The notes under the pieces: model-generated
Seen by the model: the letters and a program-made list of their open reading frames with translations, nothing else
What the model was told of the DNA's origin: nothing
Databases searched by the model: none
Shown: positions 39,700 to 51,840 of the stretch, piece by piece
Position numbering within the stretch: the stretch's first letter is position 1
Layout: the number at the start of each line of letters is the position of its first letter
Program-made: the position numbers and the translations under genes
Assembly (NCBI GenBank): GCA_964022095.1
Contig: CAXHZO010000002.1
Location: 192,001 to 256,000, forward strand
Source of the DNA: an uncultured Arcobacteraceae bacterium
GTDB lineage: Bacteria; Campylobacterota; Campylobacteria; Campylobacterales; Arcobacteraceae
Length of the DNA: 64,000 nucleotides
Reading direction: 5' to 3'

Positions 39700-40731
39700 A
39701 TGAACGCAATACAAAGAGTAAAAGAAGCAATAGAAGAGATACAAAAAGGTAACATGGTTATCATGTTAGATGATGAAGATAGAGAGAATGAAGGTGATTT
39801 AGTTTATGCAGCGCCTCTTAGTACTCCACAGAAAGTAAACTTTATGGCAACACATGCAAAAGGTTTGATTTGTGTGTCAGTTACTAAAGAGACTGCTAAT
39901 AGATTAGAATTAAACCCTATGGTTAGTTCAAACACTTCATCTTATGAAACAGCATTTACTGTTTCAGTTGATGCAGCTGATGCATCTACAGGAATTAGTG
40001 CAGGGGAGAGAGATGATACAATTAAAATATTAGCTAATCCAATCTCAAAAGAACAAGAGTTAGTAAAACCTGGGCATATATTTCCTTTAATAGCAAAAGA
40101 TGGTGGTGTATTAGTAAGAACTGGTCATACAGAAGGAAGTGTCGATTTATGTAAATTAGCAGGTCTTAATGGAGAAGCAGTTATTTGTGAAATCATGAAA
40201 GAAGATGGAACAATGGCAAGAAGAGATGATTTAGATATTTTTGCACAAAAACATGATTTAAAACAAATTTATATTTCTGATCTAGTAGAATATAGATTAT
40301 CTCATGAAAAATTAGTTGAAGAGATTAGTTCAACTGAAACAACTTTTTTTAATACAGATGTAAAGAAAAAAGAGTTCAAAGATCATTTAGGAAATGTTCA
40401 CACTGCAATTGTATTTAAAGAGTTTGAAGAAGTAACTCATGTAAAGTTTCACTCAGTAATCCCTGATATAAATTTATTTTTAAATGATAATAAATTACAC
40501 TCTATGCTAAAAACAATTAACTTTTTACAAGCAAAAGGTGGAATATTAATATTTTTAACAGGTTCTGAAATGGCTAAAGATAGTCAAAAAGATTATGGAG
40601 TAGGGGCGCAAATACTTAATTGTTTAAATATTAAGAAAATTAAATTAATGACAAGTGGTGGTAAACACTCATTTGTTGGTTTAAATGGATTTGGTTTAGA
40701 AATAACAGAAGAGATTCAAATAGAGTGTTAA
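39700..40731 (+). CDS. ribB: DHBP synthase with degenerate GTP cyclohydrolase II domain (RibBX type)
   Basis: DDEDRENEGDL, PGHIFPL, RTGHTE; the C-terminal domain lacks the Zn-binding cysteines. Confidence 0.9.
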   Translation: MNAIQRVKEAIEEIQKGNMVIMLDDEDRENEGDLVYAAPLSTPQKVNFMATHAKGLICVSVTKETANRLELNPMVSSNTSSYETAFTVSVDAADASTGISAGERDDTIKILANPISKEQELVKPGHIFPLIAKDGGVLVRTGHTEGSVDLCKLAGLNGEAVICEIMKEDGTMARRDDLDIFAQKHDLKQIYISDLVEYRLSHEKLVEEISSTETTFFNTDVKKKEFKDHLGNVHTAIVFKEFEEVTHVKFHSVIPDINLFLNDNKLHSMLKTINFLQAKGGILIFLTGSEMAKDSQKDYGVGAQILNCLNIKKIKLMTSGGKHSFVGLNGFGLEITEEIQIEC

Positions 40732-40750
40732 TACACTCTATTTAAATAAA

Positions 40751-41245
40751 TTAAACTAGTCCAGCTGCAGATTTAATTAATTCAAGAGTTTTTTGAGGGA
40801 TAATCATTTCATTTGATAGTCTATTTTCATTGTTTTTGTAATATTTTGAATTTAAAATTATATTTATTTTATCTTCAAATTTTTGAATAACTGTTTCTTG
40901 AGTGTCTTTATCTTCAATATCTAAAAACTGTCTTGGTTCTTGATTTTGAACTCTTGCAAGTCTATGATTAAATAAATATTTATTGTCAAAGTCTTCATTT
41001 AATAGTTCACATAAAGTTTTATATACATCATCTAGTTCTGCTTCATATTTTCTATAAATGATACCTGTACTGTCATTTAAAGCTTTTGTGAAATTATCAT
41101 AATCTACAAAAAGTTCTTTTAATGTATCTTCATCAATAGAATCATTTTCAACATCAAATTTTTTTGATAGTAAATGATTACAACAATAAAAAACAACTTC
41201 TTCTTGATTTTTTTTGATATCTTCTAAGAACTTAGAAATTTGCAT
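40751..41245 (-). CDS. Hypothetical protein
   Basis: 164-aa acidic ORF with AGGAG RBS. Confidence 0.7.
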   Translation of the reverse strand: MQISKFLEDIKKNQEEVVFYCCNHLLSKKFDVENDSIDEDTLKELFVDYDNFTKALNDSTGIIYRKYEAELDDVYKTLCELLNEDFDNKYLFNHRLARVQNQEPRQFLDIEDKDTQETVIQKFEDKINIILNSKYYKNNENRLSNEMIIPQKTLELIKSAAGLV

Positions 41246-41272
41246 AGTTTTCTCCTATATTTTATATGTAAA

Positions 41273-41300
41273 AAAAGGAGTGAAAAAACTTCACTCCTTT
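41273..41300 (-). terminator. Rho-independent terminator after pckA
   Basis: AAAGGAGTGAA-AAAAC-TTCACTCCTTT with U tract. Confidence 0.75.
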
Positions 41301-41331
41301 ATTAATAAATCTTTTATAGGATAATTATATC

Positions 41332-42912
41332 TTAAATTTGAGGTCCTGCAGCTGTAAAATCATATTCACTCTCTAAAGTTAAGTACTTTTTAAAGTTTTC
41401 AATATACATACCTGCAAGTTTTTTTCTTGTCTCATCATAAGAAGCTTTATCTTCCCATGTATTTCTTGGGTTTAGAACTTCAGTGTCAACACCACTTAAA
41501 GTTTTTGGTATATCTAAATTGAAGATTGGTAATGTCTCAAACTCAGAAGATTCGATTGAACCGTCTAATATACCATTAATACAAGCTCTAGTATTTTTAA
41601 TACTCATTCTTGAGCCAATACCATATGGACCACCAGTCCATCCAGTGTTAACTAAGTATACATTAACATTGTGCTTGTCGATTTTTTGACCTAATAATTC
41701 TGCATATACTGTTGGGTTAAGCGGTAGGAATGCTTCACCAAAACAAGATGAGAATGTAGCAACAGGTTCAGTAATACCTCTTTCAGTACCTGCAACTTTT
41801 GCAGTATACCCACTTAAGAAGTAGTACATAGCTTGTTGTTTGTCAAGTTTTGCAACAGGAGGTAGTACTCCAAATGCATCAGCACATAAGAAAATGATAT
41901 TAGTAGGATGTCCACCTCTCATATCTTTTTTATGATTTTCAATATGGTCTAATGGGTAAGAAACTCTTGTATTTTCTGTTTTAGAGCCATCTGTGTAATC
42001 AACAACTCCATTTTCATCATATACAACGTTTTCTAAGATAGCACCTTTTTTAATAGCACCAAAAATTTCTGGTTCACTACTTTCATCAAGGTTAATTACT
42101 TTTGCGTAACATCCACCTTCGAAATTAAATATACCATTATCATCCCAACCGTGTTCATCATCACCAATTAATGCTCTATTTGGATCAGTAGATAAAGTTG
42201 TCTTACCAGTTCCTGATAATCCAAAGAATAGTGCAGTATCACCATCTTTACCAATATTAGCTGAACAGTGCATAGGAAGTTTATTCTCTAATGGAAGCCA
42301 GTAGTTCATCATTGAGAACACACCCTTTTTCATCTCACCAGCGTACCAAGTACCACCAATGATTGCAGTGTTTTCTTCAACATTAAATACTACATAAACT
42401 TCAGAATGTAAACCATGACTTGCATAAGACATATCTACAGTTTTACAACCATTGTATACTGTAAATTCTGGTTCAAAGTTATCTAACTCTTCTTGAGTTT
42501 GAGGAACGATAAACATATTTTGTATAAAATGTGCTTGCCATGCAACTTCTGTGATAAATCTAACAGATTTTCTAGAATCTAATGAAGAACCACAATACAC
42601 ATCAGTAACATAAACATCTTTATTGCTTAGTTGTTTTTTAGTGTTTTTTAATAAGTCCCCGTAAACTTCATTAGATACTTTTTGGTTAATATCTCCCCAT
42701 GCAATATATTTATTTGATGGATCTTGGTTCACAAAGAATTTATCTTTTGGACTTCTACCTGTAAAAATACCAGTATCGATCATTAAAGCGCCAGTTGAAG
42801 AGACTTTCGCCCCTTCATTTTTAACTGCATGTTGAATTAATGTATCAACGTCTGAATTTCTTCTAACTTCACCTACGTTTTCTAAACCTAATGTGTCTTT
42901 GATTTGAGACAT
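41332..42912 (-). CDS. pckA: Phosphoenolpyruvate carboxykinase (ATP)
   Basis: [26 protein letters not shown]. Confidence 0.97.
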   Translation of the reverse strand: MSQIKDTLGLENVGEVRRNSDVDTLIQHAVKNEGAKVSSTGALMIDTGIFTGRSPKDKFFVNQDPSNKYIAWGDINQKVSNEVYGDLLKNTKKQLSNKDVYVTDVYCGSSLDSRKSVRFITEVAWQAHFIQNMFIVPQTQEELDNFEPEFTVYNGCKTVDMSYASHGLHSEVYVVFNVEENTAIIGGTWYAGEMKKGVFSMMNYWLPLENKLPMHCSANIGKDGDTALFFGLSGTGKTTLSTDPNRALIGDDEHGWDDNGIFNFEGGCYAKVINLDESSEPEIFGAIKKGAILENVVYDENGVVDYTDGSKTENTRVSYPLDHIENHKKDMRGGHPTNIIFLCADAFGVLPPVAKLDKQQAMYYFLSGYTAKVAGTERGITEPVATFSSCFGEAFLPLNPTVYAELLGQKIDKHNVNVYLVNTGWTGGPYGIGSRMSIKNTRACINGILDGSIESSEFETLPIFNLDIPKTLSGVDTEVLNPRNTWEDKASYDETRKKLAGMYIENFKKYLTLESEYDFTAAGPQI

Positions 42913-42955
42913 AATTTAATTTTCCTACCTAATTTTTTTGTAATTCTATTCAAAT

Positions 42956-44290
42956 TTATTTAAAAATGGATAAAAGAACACCTGCAGCAACTGCAGAGCC
43001 GATTACACCGGCAACATTTGGACCCATCGCATGCATCAATAAAATGTTCGATTGGTCATATTTTTGTCCTTCTTTACTAACAACTCTTGCTGCCATTGGT
43101 ACAGCTGATACTCCAGCTGCACCAATTAGAGGATTAATTTGGTTCTCTTTTGAACTTAATAAGTTCATAATTTTTGCCATAATTACACCCATAGCAGTTC
43201 CTGCAGCAAATGCTAATAATCCAATTGCCATAATACCTAAAGTTTCAGCTACTAAGAATTGCTCTGAAGCTAACTTAGAACCAACACCTAAACCTAAAAA
43301 TATTGTAACAACATTAATTAATGCATTTTGCATAGTATCTGAAAGTCTATCTACAACTCCAGATTCTTTTGCAAAATTACCGAAACATAAAGCACCAATA
43401 AGTGGTGATGCATCAGGTAAGATTAATAAAGTTAATACAATAACAACTAATGGAAAAATGATTTTTTCTAACTTAGAAACTTTTCTAGTAGATTTCATTC
43501 TTCTTTTTCTCTCTTCTGTTGTAGTAAGAGCTCTCATAATTGGTGGTTGAATTACAGGCACAAGTGCCATGTAAGAATATGCTGCAACAGCAATTGCACC
43601 TAATAATTCAGGAGCAAGGGCAGAAGCAATAAATATTGATGTTGGACCATCAGCTCCACCAATAATCGAAATAGCTGCAGATTGTTGTAATGTAAAATCA
43701 ATACCTGGAAGATATTGAGATAAAACAACTGCACCAACTAATGAACCAAAAATACCAAATTGTGCTGCACCACCAAGTAGCGCAGTTTTAGGATTTGCTA
43801 ATAGTGGACCAAAGTCTGTCATAGCTCCCACTCCCATAAAAATAAGAAGTGGGAAGAACTCATTTGCTATACCCATATTATAAATAATACCTAACATTCC
43901 ATGGTCACTTGCCATGTTTGCTATTGGAATATTTGCTAATAGTCCACCAAAACCAATTGGAATTAAAAGTAGTGGTTCAAAACCTTTTTTAATTGCTAAA
44001 TAAAATAGTATAAAACAAATAATGATCATAATAACTCTACCACTACTTTGAGCAAATAGAGACATTTCATTACCATGAGCGTCTTTTACACCTTCTTGTG
44101 GATTAATAATTGCATTTAATCCCGTTGTTAAATAAAATGAATGAATAAGTTCAGTCATTGTTTTTGAATGATACTCTTTTGGTTCTGCATCAACAGGCGC
44201 TGCTGTTGATGCAAAAGTATTTGTTGATAAAATACTTAAAAACAGAAAAAGAGAAATAAAAATACTTTTTTTCATCATAACTCTAGTCAC
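42956..44290 (-). CDS. oadB: Na+-translocating decarboxylase beta subunit
   Basis: [29 protein letters not shown]. Confidence 0.94.
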   Translation of the reverse strand: MTRVMMKKSIFISLFLFLSILSTNTFASTAAPVDAEPKEYHSKTMTELIHSFYLTTGLNAIINPQEGVKDAHGNEMSLFAQSSGRVIMIIICFILFYLAIKKGFEPLLLIPIGFGGLLANIPIANMASDHGMLGIIYNMGIANEFFPLLIFMGVGAMTDFGPLLANPKTALLGGAAQFGIFGSLVGAVVLSQYLPGIDFTLQQSAAISIIGGADGPTSIFIASALAPELLGAIAVAAYSYMALVPVIQPPIMRALTTTEERKRRMKSTRKVSKLEKIIFPLVVIVLTLLILPDASPLIGALCFGNFAKESGVVDRLSDTMQNALINVVTIFLGLGVGSKLASEQFLVAETLGIMAIGLLAFAAGTAMGVIMAKIMNLLSSKENQINPLIGAAGVSAVPMAARVVSKEGQKYDQSNILLMHAMGPNVAGVIGSAVAAGVLLSIFK

Positions 44291-44298
44291 CTTTACAA

Positions 44299-46095
44299 TT
44301 AACCAATTAAGGCTAATGTTTGACCTTCATCAACAGCATCTGCTGGATTTACTAAAATTTTAGTAATAGTACCTGCAACTGGAGCGTTAATGTCAATTTC
44401 CATTTTCATAGCTTCTAAGATCATAATTTGTTGATCTTGTTCAACTTTATCACCTTCTTTAACTAAAATTTTCCATACAGCACCATTTACTGCTGCAGGA
44501 ACTTCAGTTTTTCCTCCATTTAATGCAGGAGCTGCTACTGGTGCAGATTCATTTGAAGCTGCCGGTGTTACTTGAATATCAGCATTTCCTTCTGCTACAG
44601 TTACATTGAATTTTTGTCCATCTACAACTACTGTATAGTTTCCATTTGCATTTGCCATAGTGCTATTTTCTCCTTGAGTATTATTATCTTGACCTTTTCT
44701 AACATTAAGAGGTGATTCACCTTTTAAGAAAGCAATTCCTTTTTCATCACAAGCTGCAGCTATAAAGATATTTTCTTCTGAAGTTTCAATACCTTCATGT
44801 TCTAATCTTTCTTTCCATACAGAGATTTTCTTCTTTTCATCTCTATCAGCTATATCTAAAGGATTTTCTTTTGTTGGTTCTAGTTTTAGTTTTTCAGCTG
44901 CTAATGCAACTACTTCACTATCTGGCTCAACAGGAGTTTTACCAAAATATCCTAGAACCATTTTTCCATAACCAGGAGCAATCTGCTTCCATGGTCCAAA
45001 CATTACGTTTGCATAAGCTTGTTGCCAATAGAATTGTGAAACTGGAGTTACAGATGTTCCATAACCACCTTTTTCAACAACTTCTCTCATTGCTTTAATA
45101 ACTTCTGGGAATTTGTCTAATGTTCCATTGTCTCTCATCATTTGAGTGTTAGCAGTTAATGCTCCACCTGGCATTGGTGAGAATGGGATTAAAGGAGAAA
45201 CTTGTGTAGCTTCTGGTGGAATGAAATAATCACTTAAACAATCATTTAATACCTCCTGGTATTTTAAGATTTTTTCAAGTTCTAAACCACCTAAGTCATA
45301 ATTCTTGCCTTTTACAGCATGAAGCATAGTTAAGATATCTGGTTGAGATGTTCCTCCTGAAACAGGAGATGCAGCTAAATCAATACCATCAGCTCCTGCT
45401 TCTAAAGCTGCAAGATAGCATGCAACAGAAACTCCCGCAGTTTCATGTGTATGTAATCTAATATGAGTGTCATCACCAACTAGCTTTCTAGCCATTTGGA
45501 TAGTTTCATATACTTTTTGAGGAGATGATGTTCCTGATGCATCTTTGAAACAAATTGAATCATGTGGTACACCACTGTCTAAAATTTGTCTTAAAGTTTT
45601 TTCATAGAATGGTACATCATGTGCACCAACACAACCTGGAGGTAAATCCATTAGTGTTACTACAACTTCATGGTTTAATCCATATTTTTTGATACATTCA
45701 GCAGAATATTCAAGATTTTGAACATCATTTAAAGCATCAAAGTTTCTGATTGTTGTAGTTCCATGTTTTGCAAACATTTTAGCATGTAAGTCGATTAGTT
45801 CTCTAGAACCAGTATCAAGCATAACAGTGTTGATACCCCGTGCTAGGGTTTGTAGGTTTGCATCTGGACCAACAATTTCTCTGAATTTGTCCATCATCTC
45901 AAATGCATTTTCTTGTAGGTAGAAGAATAAAGATTGAAATCTTGCTCCTCCACCAAACTCAAAGTGAGTTATTCCCGCATCTTTCGCAGCTTCAACAGCT
46001 GGAAAGAAATCGTCCATTAAAACTCTACCTCCAAAGACAGATTGAAATCCATCCCTAAAAGTAGTATCCATGACGTCGATATACTTTTTAGCCAT
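44299..46095 (-). CDS. oadA: Oxaloacetate decarboxylase alpha / biotin carboxyltransferase subunit
   Basis: RDGFQS, HTH, EAMKME biotin motif; lies between oadG and oadB. Confidence 0.88.
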   Translation of the reverse strand: MAKKYIDVMDTTFRDGFQSVFGGRVLMDDFFPAVEAAKDAGITHFEFGGGARFQSLFFYLQENAFEMMDKFREIVGPDANLQTLARGINTVMLDTGSRELIDLHAKMFAKHGTTTIRNFDALNDVQNLEYSAECIKKYGLNHEVVVTLMDLPPGCVGAHDVPFYEKTLRQILDSGVPHDSICFKDASGTSSPQKVYETIQMARKLVGDDTHIRLHTHETAGVSVACYLAALEAGADGIDLAASPVSGGTSQPDILTMLHAVKGKNYDLGGLELEKILKYQEVLNDCLSDYFIPPEATQVSPLIPFSPMPGGALTANTQMMRDNGTLDKFPEVIKAMREVVEKGGYGTSVTPVSQFYWQQAYANVMFGPWKQIAPGYGKMVLGYFGKTPVEPDSEVVALAAEKLKLEPTKENPLDIADRDEKKKISVWKERLEHEGIETSEENIFIAAACDEKGIAFLKGESPLNVRKGQDNNTQGENSTMANANGNYTVVVDGQKFNVTVAEGNADIQVTPAASNESAPVAAPALNGGKTEVPAAVNGAVWKILVKEGDKVEQDQQIMILEAMKMEIDINAPVAGTITKILVNPADAVDEGQTLALIG

Positions 46096-46100
46096 AACAA

Positions 46101-46364
46101 TTAACCTTTAAGATTTTTATGATGTTGCACGGCAGCTACAATAGCAGCTACTTTTGTAGTTTGATTAGATGCAGAAGAATTCTGCGGCTTCCTAGTAGTT
46201 TCTTTTCCCTTTTGAGGAAAATACTTCGATAATAGCGCACCTTGCGCTTTTAGCACGAAAATTAAAATAATTAAAAATGAGAATACAACTCCCATTCCTA
46301 ACATCATAAATTTAAATGCTTCTGTAGTTAAGTTTACTTCCATAATACTCTCCGTGGTTACCAC
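46101..46364 (-). CDS. oadG: Oxaloacetate decarboxylase gamma subunit
   Basis: MLGMGVVFSFL TM helix, VAAIVAAVQHH. Confidence 0.9.
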   Translation of the reverse strand: MVTTESIMEVNLTTEAFKFMMLGMGVVFSFLIILIFVLKAQGALLSKYFPQKGKETTRKPQNSSASNQTTKVAAIVAAVQHHKNLKG

Positions 46365-46672
46365 CTGAAATATTAATGATATGATATATAAAACTAGCTT
46401 TATTAATTGTTATATTATTACTATTTTTGATTAAATTTGGGAAATTTAAAATAAATATTTATATTTATAAAACTTTATCACCAAATTCATATATTAAAGT
46501 GTCAATCTTTTGGAAAAAATCAATTACATTATTTTTAGTTTTTTTAATTTTCTGTGCCATTTTGATTCCTTTTAATTTAAATATGTCAAATTTTATACTT
46601 TTTTTGAAATACTCTTGAAAAATATGTCAAAATGTAATATAATTATAAAAAATCATAACTAAAAGGACTTTT

Positions 46673-47329
46673 ATGTTAATTGTTGATGAAATTATTGAAA
46701 AGTTAAAAGACATACTTAGTGCAGATGGGAAAAATGGCAAAGTTTTTGATAAAGACGTGGCTACATCTTTGAGTTTATCTCAAGCAAATTTCGCAACTAT
46801 GAAAAATAGAGGAAAAATACCTTATTCTAATATTTTAGATTTTTGTGCAAGAAAAAAAATATCGATTAACTGGTTACTATACAATCAAAATCCAGGTTCA
46901 TTAGTAGATACTACTGACAGATATTGGATTAAATACTATCCTGATGTAAATGTAAGTGCAGGGGGAGGTGCTTATGAAGCAGAAGATGAATATGAGTCAT
47001 TAGAAGTTCCTCCATATTTTATTGATGCACTTGGTGGAAAAGAAAATCTAAAAAATATTGATGCAATTAATGTTGTAGGTGATTCAATGGAGCCTACCCT
47101 TAATAGTGATAATATAATATTTGTTGATAAAACAAAAAGTGATGTAGCAAGAGATGGAATCTATGCTTTTACTACAACTCATGGTCTTTTTGTTAAAAGA
47201 ATACAAAGAAGAGTAGATGGTCATCTTGATATAATCTCTGATAATAAAGATTATCCTTCTCAGGTTTTAAGTAAAGGAGATATTTCTGTTTTAGGAAAAG
47301 TAGTAAGCTCTTTTGGAATGGTTTATTAA
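46673..47329 (+). CDS. CI/LexA-like S24 autocleaving repressor
   Basis: N-terminal HTH ending SINWLL, VSAGGG cleavage site, GDSMEP Ser, VKR Lys. Confidence 0.88.
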   Translation: MLIVDEIIEKLKDILSADGKNGKVFDKDVATSLSLSQANFATMKNRGKIPYSNILDFCARKKISINWLLYNQNPGSLVDTTDRYWIKYYPDVNVSAGGGAYEAEDEYESLEVPPYFIDALGGKENLKNIDAINVVGDSMEPTLNSDNIIFVDKTKSDVARDGIYAFTTTHGLFVKRIQRRVDGHLDIISDNKDYPSQVLSKGDISVLGKVVSSFGMVY

Positions 47330-47333
47330 TATT

Positions 47334-48326
47334 TTAAAAAAGTGTAAGCTCTTTTTCTTGTTTTGTTAAACTAGAGTGAATATCTTTATACTCAAAGCCT
47401 ACAAGATATACTGCATTAAAGTCAACTTTTTTTAAAGTTGACTTTAAATCTTCAATATTTTTAAGTACTAATTGATTCTTCTTTATAAAATCTAGTTTAT
47501 GTGAAGTGATAAATAGTGTCTTTGCATATTTATATTTTTTATCTAAAAAATTTATTTCATTTTTAACTAAAAAGTCACTATTTTGACAAAGTACAAACTT
47601 ATCACTTTTACCAAAATCTACTAGATTTAAATTTTTATCTAAAAATAGAGGTTTAAAGTTATAGAAAGACTTTAATTTACTCATATCTAATTCATAGTTC
47701 AAAAAATTATATACAGTTATTAATTGTTGTACATAAATACTAGGTATTTTAAGTTTTGAATAGAACTGTTCATTGTAAGAAAAAGAAGTTTCAAATAGTG
47801 AGTGTTCTATTAAGTTTTGTACTTTAAATTTTTTTGTAGTATTTAAATTTTTATTATTTGGATAAATTTTATCTAATACCCCTTTATGATGGTAAACTAA
47901 AATATCATCATGGGTAATATCATTTAAAATTTTAAAGAATTTATTTAAATCATTTGGAATTAAAACAATACTTTTCTCTGAATTCGGTGCATAGATTTTC
48001 AATAAATCATATGTAGCTTTATCACAATAGTATGCTTCAAGATTTGATACAGCAAGTTTATATCTAATAAGTTTTATTAATGCAGTCTCTATATTTTCTA
48101 CTTTTATCCAAGCAATTTCTTCATCTATTATGGGATAGTCTTTATCAATTAAAATTGCGAAAGCACCATTTGAAACAGCAGCTTTTATGTCTTCATGATT
48201 TTTAGCAATAAATAAATCGCCTTCTTTGACTTTCTTTACATTAGTTTTAAAAGCGTAGATAAAAGATATAAATGGTGAATTTAATAATTCCCCATTTATA
48301 ATATCTATTATAGAAGAGATTTGCAC
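47334..48326 (-). CDS. Conserved hypothetical protein with Mur-ligase-like N-terminal domain
   Basis: KEGDLFIA...AVSNGAFAIL resembles the MurE/F N-domain; no P-loop seen. Confidence 0.65.
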   Translation of the reverse strand: MQISSIIDIINGELLNSPFISFIYAFKTNVKKVKEGDLFIAKNHEDIKAAVSNGAFAILIDKDYPIIDEEIAWIKVENIETALIKLIRYKLAVSNLEAYYCDKATYDLLKIYAPNSEKSIVLIPNDLNKFFKILNDITHDDILVYHHKGVLDKIYPNNKNLNTTKKFKVQNLIEHSLFETSFSYNEQFYSKLKIPSIYVQQLITVYNFLNYELDMSKLKSFYNFKPLFLDKNLNLVDFGKSDKFVLCQNSDFLVKNEINFLDKKYKYAKTLFITSHKLDFIKKNQLVLKNIEDLKSTLKKVDFNAVYLVGFEYKDIHSSLTKQEKELTLF

Positions 48327-50281
48327 TAGCTTATTTTTGTTCCAGTAGTTTTTTGAGTTTCTGGTCTAATTAAAGATAAACCATTTTCATCTTTTGCAGC
48401 TAAAAGCATACCTTCACTTAGCATACCCATTAGTTTTGCAGGTTTTAAATTTGCAACAACACATGCTTGTGTTCCTACTAAATCATCTGCATTGTAGAAC
48501 TCTTTAATTCCAGCTAATATTTGTCTATTTTTACCTTCACCTAAGTCAACTTGTAATTTTAAAAGTTTCTTAGATTTTGGAACTTCTTCAGCTTGTACAA
48601 TAGTTCCAATTTTTAAAGTAGTTTCAAAAAACTTATCAATAGTAATTAAATTATCTTCTTCAACTTTTTCTTCTTTTTTCTCTTTATTTTTAACTTCACA
48701 CTCAGCTTTTGTTTCATCACCAACTTCTGGTTGAACTAAAAGCAACTCTTCTATTCTTGGGAATAATTGATCTACTTTTGTAATAGTAGTTTGTGAAACT
48801 AATTCTTTGTTTTTAATTAATGAGTTATAAGTATCTGTATTTATTTTGATACCTAAAGATTGCGCAATTTTAGAGATCTTTTCAGGCATAACAGAATCTA
48901 AAAGTAGGGCAACTTTTGCAACAATATTTGTAATAAGTGCAACTAAAGCCATAGCTTCATCAGTTTTTCCTTCTTTCATTTTTGCCCAAGGTTCATAATC
49001 TCCAATTGCTTTATTTGCAATAGTTAATACTTTCCAAATTTCTTCTAAGTATCTATTGATTTGCATATTATAAAGTAAAGTTTCTAATCCATCTAAAATT
49101 ATATTTACTTCATCAAGCTCTTTCTTATGGAATTTCTCAACATCTTTTGAATCTATTTTAAAGTCAAAATATTTTCCACTCATCCCAGAGATTCTATTTA
49201 ACAAGTTTCCTAAATCATTTCCTAAATCTGAATTGATTCTATCCATTAGTGCTTTTTGTGAAAAGTCACCATCTTGACCAAAAGGAACTTCTCTTAACAT
49301 GAAATATCTAAATGCATCTAATCCATAAGCATCTGCTACTTCTTTAGGATTTACAACATTTCCTTTTGATTTTGACATTTTTTCACCATCTCTAGTCCAC
49401 CAACCATGAGCTGCAATATGTTTTGGTAGGGGTAAATCTAAAGACATTAAGAATGCTGGCCAATAAATAGCATGGAATCTTAAAATATCTTTTCCAACTA
49501 ATTGAACACTTGCTGGCCAAAAGTCCATATTATTTTCATCACTTCCATATCCAAGTGCAGTGATATAGTTCATTAGCGCATCTAACCAAACATACATTAC
49601 GTGTCTTGGTTCATTCATGTTTTCAGGAAGTTTTACACCCCAATCAAATGAAGTTCTTGAAATAGATAAATCTCTTAATCCACCTTTTACAAAGTTTACA
49701 ATTTCATTTTTCTTACTTCTTGGTAAAATGCAGTCTGGATTTTCTTCATACCATTTAATTAATTTATCTTCATATGCAGACAATTTAAAAAAGTAACTCT
49801 CTTCTTTTACAATTTGAGTTGGTCTTCCACATTCTGGACAGAATTGTTCATCAACTAATTGTTTTTCAGTAAAAAATGTCTCACAAGGAACACAGTAGAA
49901 TCCTTCATACTCACCTTTATAAATATCACCTTTTGCATGCATTTTTTCAAATGCTTGTTGTACACCAATTTTATGTTCATCATCAGTTGTTCTAATAAAC
50001 TTGTCATAAGTGATATCAAAATCATCCCATAAAGTTCTAAATTTACCTGATACTTCATCTGCATACTCTTTTGCAGTTTTTCCTCTCTGCTCTGCACTTT
50101 GAGCAATTTTTTGTCCATGCTCATCAGTTCCAGTTAGGAAATAAGTATTTGCACCTGTTAATCTAGAATATCTAGCTAACATATCGGCAATAATTGTAGT
50201 ATAAGCATGACCAATATGAGCCACATCATTTACATAATAAATTGGTGTTGTAATATAAACATTTTTACAAGATTCTTGCAT
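48326..50281 (-). CDS. metG: Methionine--tRNA ligase
   Basis: HIGH, KMSKS and C-terminal tRNA-binding domain. Confidence 0.97.
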   Translation of the reverse strand: MQESCKNVYITTPIYYVNDVAHIGHAYTTIIADMLARYSRLTGANTYFLTGTDEHGQKIAQSAEQRGKTAKEYADEVSGKFRTLWDDFDITYDKFIRTTDDEHKIGVQQAFEKMHAKGDIYKGEYEGFYCVPCETFFTEKQLVDEQFCPECGRPTQIVKEESYFFKLSAYEDKLIKWYEENPDCILPRSKKNEIVNFVKGGLRDLSISRTSFDWGVKLPENMNEPRHVMYVWLDALMNYITALGYGSDENNMDFWPASVQLVGKDILRFHAIYWPAFLMSLDLPLPKHIAAHGWWTRDGEKMSKSKGNVVNPKEVADAYGLDAFRYFMLREVPFGQDGDFSQKALMDRINSDLGNDLGNLLNRISGMSGKYFDFKIDSKDVEKFHKKELDEVNIILDGLETLLYNMQINRYLEEIWKVLTIANKAIGDYEPWAKMKEGKTDEAMALVALITNIVAKVALLLDSVMPEKISKIAQSLGIKINTDTYNSLIKNKELVSQTTITKVDQLFPRIEELLLVQPEVGDETKAECEVKNKEKKEEKVEEDNLITIDKFFETTLKIGTIVQAEEVPKSKKLLKLQVDLGEGKNRQILAGIKEFYNADDLVGTQACVVANLKPAKLMGMLSEGMLLAAKDENGLSLIRPETQKTTGTKIS

Positions 50282-50301
50282 TCTTTACCTCTTTTATTTA
50301 A

Positions 50302-50505
50302 TTAAAATTCAAATCCACCACCAGAACCTTTGTTCATAGATTCATAGGCAGCTAGTACATATTTTTTTCTTAAGTCACATTCAAAAAAATTATCACAAGG
50401 GGTACATGACTTCAGATTATTTGATTCTTGACAATTTTTTAATTCAACTAGTTTATTATCTAGTTTTATTTGCCATTCATCAATAACTATCTCTTTATTA
50501 GACAT
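50302..50505 (-). CDS. Small Cys-rich conserved hypothetical protein
   Basis: CQ...SCTPC...C, YESMNKG...GFEF; overlaps the fbp stop. Confidence 0.75.
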   Translation of the reverse strand: MSNKEIVIDEWQIKLDNKLVELKNCQESNNLKSCTPCDNFFECDLRKKYVLAAYESMNKGSGGGFEF

Positions 50506-51340
50506 TTTTTGCGTAAACTTCTAATACTCTATTTATTTCAGTTTTAGACCCAAAGAAACAAGGTGTTGTATCATGAATATGAGTTGTTTCAACTTCAAGG
50601 GCTCTTTTAAAGCCATCAACTGCACCACCACCAGCTTTTTCATAAGTTAAAGCAAATGGGAAAACTTCAAATAGTTGTCTTAATTTACCTTTTGGTTTAT
50701 CAGTAGTTCCCGGGTATGAAAATAATCCACCACCTTTTAATAAAATTTGGTGTAAATCAGGAACCATACCACCTGAGTATCTTAATCTATATCCATCATT
50801 AAAAATATCATCAATTAGTTGTTTATGAAATGGTGCCCAACAGTTTTGAGTAGAACCAGGAGCATTTAGCTTACCTTTTTCTTGTAGCTGTAGGTTTTGG
50901 ATAAATTCAAATTTACCATTTAAAAGTCTATACATTTTTACATCATCAGTTGCTATTACCATTTCAACTCTTGGTCCAAATACTACATAAACTGAAGCTA
51001 TAATATTTTGTGCATTAAATTCATTTTTATAAATACCATAAATAGAACCAACAGATAAGTTTACATCAACTAGTGAAGAACCATCTAATGGATCATATGC
51101 AATTAAATATTCACCATCTTCATTTAAATCTACAATTGCTTCTTGCTCTTCACTTACGATTGATTTAATTGAAGGAATAGTTTTGAAAATATCTTCAATA
51201 ATTTCATCACTTGCAATGTCAAGTTTTAATTGAGTGTCACCAGTTGAGTTCTCTTGGTCACTTTTACCTGTATCACCAGTTTCAATTAAGTGTTTAATTT
51301 TTATTGATGCTTCTTCGATAGCTTTTATAATTTCTTGCAT
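50498..51340 (-). CDS. fbp: Class 1 fructose-1,6-bisphosphatase
   Basis: [23 protein letters not shown]. Confidence 0.95.
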   Translation of the reverse strand: MQEIIKAIEEASIKIKHLIETGDTGKSDQENSTGDTQLKLDIASDEIIEDIFKTIPSIKSIVSEEQEAIVDLNEDGEYLIAYDPLDGSSLVDVNLSVGSIYGIYKNEFNAQNIIASVYVVFGPRVEMVIATDDVKMYRLLNGKFEFIQNLQLQEKGKLNAPGSTQNCWAPFHKQLIDDIFNDGYRLRYSGGMVPDLHQILLKGGGLFSYPGTTDKPKGKLRQLFEVFPFALTYEKAGGGAVDGFKRALEVETTHIHDTTPCFFGSKTEINRVLEVYAKNV

Positions 51341-51342
51341 AT

Positions 51343-51840
51343 TTATACTCTTTTCGCGTTTTTTTCTATCCAGTTGATTAAATCTTCTGGATTGTTTAAG
51401 TCTAATTTTTCAATATGATTAGGTATTTCATTATCATCTATAGTTTCATCACTTGCAATTGCATTAGTAACTTTGTAATAACTCTCATCAAGTTTATTTC
51501 TAAAAATAGAAATTCTTGGTAAATCTAAAGTTTTTAATCCTTCTACAAGTAAATAGTCAAAATCTTTAAACAATTCTATTATTTCATCAATTGTTGAAGA
51601 ATTTTTTTTCATTAATGTAGTTTTATTAGGACTTACAACTGCCACATCTGCACCTGTTTGAGAGAATTTGTGAGAATCTTTACCTGGTGTGTCAAAGTTT
51701 GCTTTATCTTTAGGGTCGTGTTTGATTATACAAACTTTAAAACCTCTATCTTGTAAGATATTAGATACTTTAACAATAGCAGTAGTTTTTCCACTATTTG
51801 ATGGTCCTGAAAAGGCAACGGCTAATCTTTTTGTATTCAT
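51343..51840 (-). CDS. mobB: Molybdopterin-guanine dinucleotide biosynthesis protein B
   Basis: [22 protein letters not shown]. Confidence 0.92.
   Translation of the reverse strand: MNTKRLAVAFSGPSNSGKTTAIVKVSNILQDRGFKVCIIKHDPKDKANFDTPGKDSHKFSQTGADVAVVSPNKTTLMKKNSSTIDEIIELFKDFDYLLVEGLKTLDLPRISIFRNKLDESYYKVTNAIASDETIDDNEIPNHIEKLDLNNPEDLINWIEKNAKRV

Noticed and set aside
39700-40731. Degenerate RibA domain as a novelty
   Set aside because: RibBX-type fusions are well known, and a separate intact ribA is at 34272.
46427-46618. 63-aa ORF as a Cro-like partner of the repressor
   Set aside because: Same strand as the repressor, TTG start without RBS, low-complexity AT-rich sequence and no HTH.
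46673-47329. Prophage
   Set aside because: Only a repressor-like gene is present, flanked by core metabolic genes.
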